In this document: positions 52,882-53,402 of the stretch, piece by piece
How positions within the stretch are numbered: the first letter of the stretch is position 1
How the letters are laid out: the number at the start of each line of letters is the position of its first letter
Source of the DNA: a virus
IMG/VR virus record: IMGVR_UViG_3300017782_000022
Coordinates: 1-53,402 of that record
Length of the DNA: 53,402 bases
Reading direction: 5' to 3' (one strand)
Program-made: the position numbers and the translations under genes
The notes under the pieces: generated by a model
The model's database searches: none
The model's input: the letters and a program-made list of their open reading frames with translations, nothing else
Told to the model about the DNA's origin: nothing

Positions 52882-53402
52882 TTAACTTATTCTAATGTAT
52901 GGTGTTCCACTATTTAAGTTGTTATCTACTGCTATGCTCCCAATAGGTGCTTGGTCTCCACTTGGTGTACTGTCTGAGTTTGTACACAATGCAACATAGT
53001 GTTCATTCTCAGTAGAGCTTAAAGTGATTAAATCATCAGGAGTATTATCACCTGTATTTAAGTCATTTGCTACTCCAGCAACCATAAAGTGACCAGTTCC
53101 ACCATCATACCATAATGCGGCATCTTTAGCGTTTGTTGTTACAATACCTTCTGTTACAGCATTTGAACCACCTCTGTCAACTAAAATACCAGCATCTTTA
53201 GAACTTGTACTACCTTGAGCAAGTTTAATAAAGTGGTCTTTTATATTAACATTTTCAGTTGTAGTGTTCTCTATTACACTAGAACCAGAGACTTTTAAGT
53301 CACCTGAAATAGTTACTTGAGCAAACGTTACACTAGCACTTGTTGCTACATCCTGACCAATTGCTATATTACCAGCATTGGCAGTTACACCAGTACCACC
53401 TA
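52882..53402 (-). CDS. Tail fibre protein, C-terminal part (continuation of the ORF starting at 1003)
   Basis: I read the frame triplet by triplet from the track ORF (52882..53085) up to 53280 and found no stop. The frame is continuous with 1..1003 via the 123-nt overlap. Confidence 0.8.
   Translation of the reverse strand, partial: GGTGVTANAGNIAIGQDVATSASVTFAQVTISGDLKVSGSSVIENTTTENVNIKDHFIKLAQGSTSSKDAGILVDRGGSNAVTEGIVTTNAKDAALWYDGGTGHFMVAGVANDLNTGDNTPDDLITLSSTENEHYVALCTNSDSTPSGDQAPIGSIAVDNNLNSGTPYIRIS
53280..53402. repeat. Terminal direct repeat identical to 1-123
   Basis: See 1-123. Confidence 0.95.

Noticed and set aside
1-53402. Searched for CRISPR arrays, integrase, excisionase, repressor, transposase or IS elements, rRNA, and stop-codon recoding
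   Set aside because: No spaced direct repeats. No recombinase-like motifs among the ORF products. ORFs are long and intact under the standard code. Nothing supports lysogeny modules or mobile insertions.

Overview
The window is essentially one complete genome of a tailed dsDNA phage. It is AT-rich, uses strong Shine-Dalgarno sites, and couples most genes by TAATG/ATGA start-stop overlaps. Bases 1-123 are identical to 53280-53402, and a tail-fibre ORF reads in frame through that junction. The unit length is therefore 53,279 bp and the contig is circularly closed or permuted.

Organisation:
(i) One very long minus-strand block runs 13463 down to 1 and continues 53402 down to 28040. In transcription order it encodes small proteins, an M15 endolysin, a putative small terminase and the large terminase. 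Portal, scaffold, major capsid and decoration or connector proteins follow. Next come two fibre cassettes, a collagen-like fibre, a membrane-protein cassette and a metallophosphoesterase. The block ends with a 1594-aa tail protein and a run of large internal or ejection-type proteins. One of these is a 2889-aa giant protein carrying a beta-prime-type RNA-polymerase catalytic motif.
(ii) A plus-strand block runs 13774-27950. It starts with tightly coupled micro-ORFs interleaved with three ORF-free, hairpin-rich stretches. It continues with a radical-SAM enzyme and a contiguous Ubl / E2-like / JAB / E1-like cassette. It then encodes recombination and replication genes: a RecA-superfamily ATPase, an AEP primase-helicase fusion, a wHTH protein and an HNH nuclease. 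It ends with Cys-rich small proteins and a strong terminator where the two blocks converge (27977-28019).

I saw no tRNA, rRNA, CRISPR array, integrase, transposase or DNA polymerase gene.

The most unusual content:
- the phage-encoded ubiquitin-like conjugation cassette (17421-20553) with its radical-SAM neighbour
- the structured non-coding regions around 13.5-16.2 kb
- the giant single-chain RNAP-like virion protein

All functional calls rest on motifs read by eye. No database search was possible.
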